A stretch of 32,000 bases of DNA from Candidatus Iainarchaeum sp. Its GTDB lineage: Archaea > Iainarchaeota > Iainarchaeia > Iainarchaeales > 0-14-0-20-34-12. Shown here piece after piece: positions 31,659 through 32,000 of this stretch. The stretch spans positions 1-32,000 of the forward strand of contig JAUSKK010000042.1 of the NCBI GenBank assembly GCA_030649345.1. The letters run 5' to 3'. The stretch's first letter is position 1. The number at the start of each line of letters is the position of its first letter. A model generated the notes under the pieces. That model was not told the DNA's origin. It worked only from the letters and a program-made list of their open reading frames with translations, and ran no database searches. The position numbers and the translations under genes are program-made.

Positions 31659-31982
31659 TCACCCACACAAAGCTTTTAATTCGTTCACTTGTTCCTGTGA
31701 AGAGATAATCAAGTTTTGGAGTATTCTTGTTTCGGTTTGTAAATCCAGTAAGGAAAGCTCAGCAGCTTGCGCAGAATATTGTGTTTCAAATTCATTAATT
31801 TTTTGGTTCAAAGCAAGAGTTTTAGAAAACACTTCTTCGAGTACTGTTTGTCTTTCTTCAAATTTAGAAATATTCACACAAATTTGCTCTGAGCTTATTT
31901 CGTCTAATTCAAAATTGAGTTTAGCTAAATTTTTTCTAGATTGAGTTTTTTCTGCATTCAATAAATAAATATCCGTTAACAT
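31659..31982 (-). CDS. Small cytoplasmic coiled-coil protein immediately upstream of giant C
   Basis: ATG at 31982. The 107-aa product is heptad-like and Gln/Glu/Leu-rich ('LNFELDEISSEQ...ERQTVLEEVFSKTLALNQKINEFETQYSAQAAELSLLDLQTETRILQNLIISSQEQVNELKAL') and has no signal peptide. The TGA stop (31659..31661) lies inside the SD-like GGGTGAT of giant C, 8 nt before its ATG. Confidence 0.6.
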   Translation of the reverse strand: MLTDIYLLNAEKTQSRKNLAKLNFELDEISSEQICVNISKFEERQTVLEEVFSKTLALNQKINEFETQYSAQAAELSLLDLQTETRILQNLIISSQEQVNELKALCG

Positions 31983-32000
31983 AACAACTGAAGGACTGCT

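Noticed and set aside
1-32000. Searched by eye for CRISPR arrays, tRNA/rRNA genes, transposases, integrases and IS termini
   Set aside because: No regularly spaced direct repeats were found. The intergenic regions (376..532, 3836..4126, 9056..9215, 15920..16139, 22155..22334) are too AT-rich and unstructured for tRNAs. No recombinase-like ORF is present, so the accessory regions cannot be called mobile elements on this evidence.

Overview
AT-rich window (about one third GC by eye), standard genetic code: TAA, TAG and TGA all terminate good ORFs. About 23 kb of the 32 kb (72%) encodes five Sec-signal-bearing extracytoplasmic proteins, all on the minus strand.

The main result is three paralogous giant secreted proteins: A 9216..14423, B 16140..22154 and C 24793..31650. 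They share one module grammar: an Ig/CARDB-like domain ending in a Cys pair, a lytic-transglycosylase (SLT)-like domain, and arrays of an FN3-like module with a conserved '(R)C...C' loop. Read by motif, they carry four SLT-like domains, one M23 metallopeptidase (A, C-terminus) and one AmpD/PGRP-type N-acetylmuramoyl-L-alanine amidase (C, N-terminus). That covers the glycan, stem-peptide and cross-bridge bonds of bacterial murein.

The neighbourhood looks more archaeal (DPANN-like) than bacterial:
- an HTH-CBS regulator;
- an archaeal-type VapB-like antitoxin;
- a UPF0175/DUF3368 pair;
- a C-terminally TM-anchored, sequon-rich S-layer-like giant (4127..8491);
- TATA-like boxes about 27 nt upstream of first-gene ATGs.

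MetK, however, is bacterial-type, and a CPR-type bacterium cannot be excluded from this window alone.

The giants are separated by two small toxin-antitoxin islets. One TA cassette is bracketed by a perfect 24-nt direct repeat. Housekeeping genes sit at the left end: a partial YbaK-like editing domain, a HAD phosphatase, a kinase-like protein, metK and the HTH-CBS gene. I found no rRNA, tRNA, CRISPR array, transposase, integrase or reverse transcriptase. All domain calls come from motif reading by eye; no searches were run.
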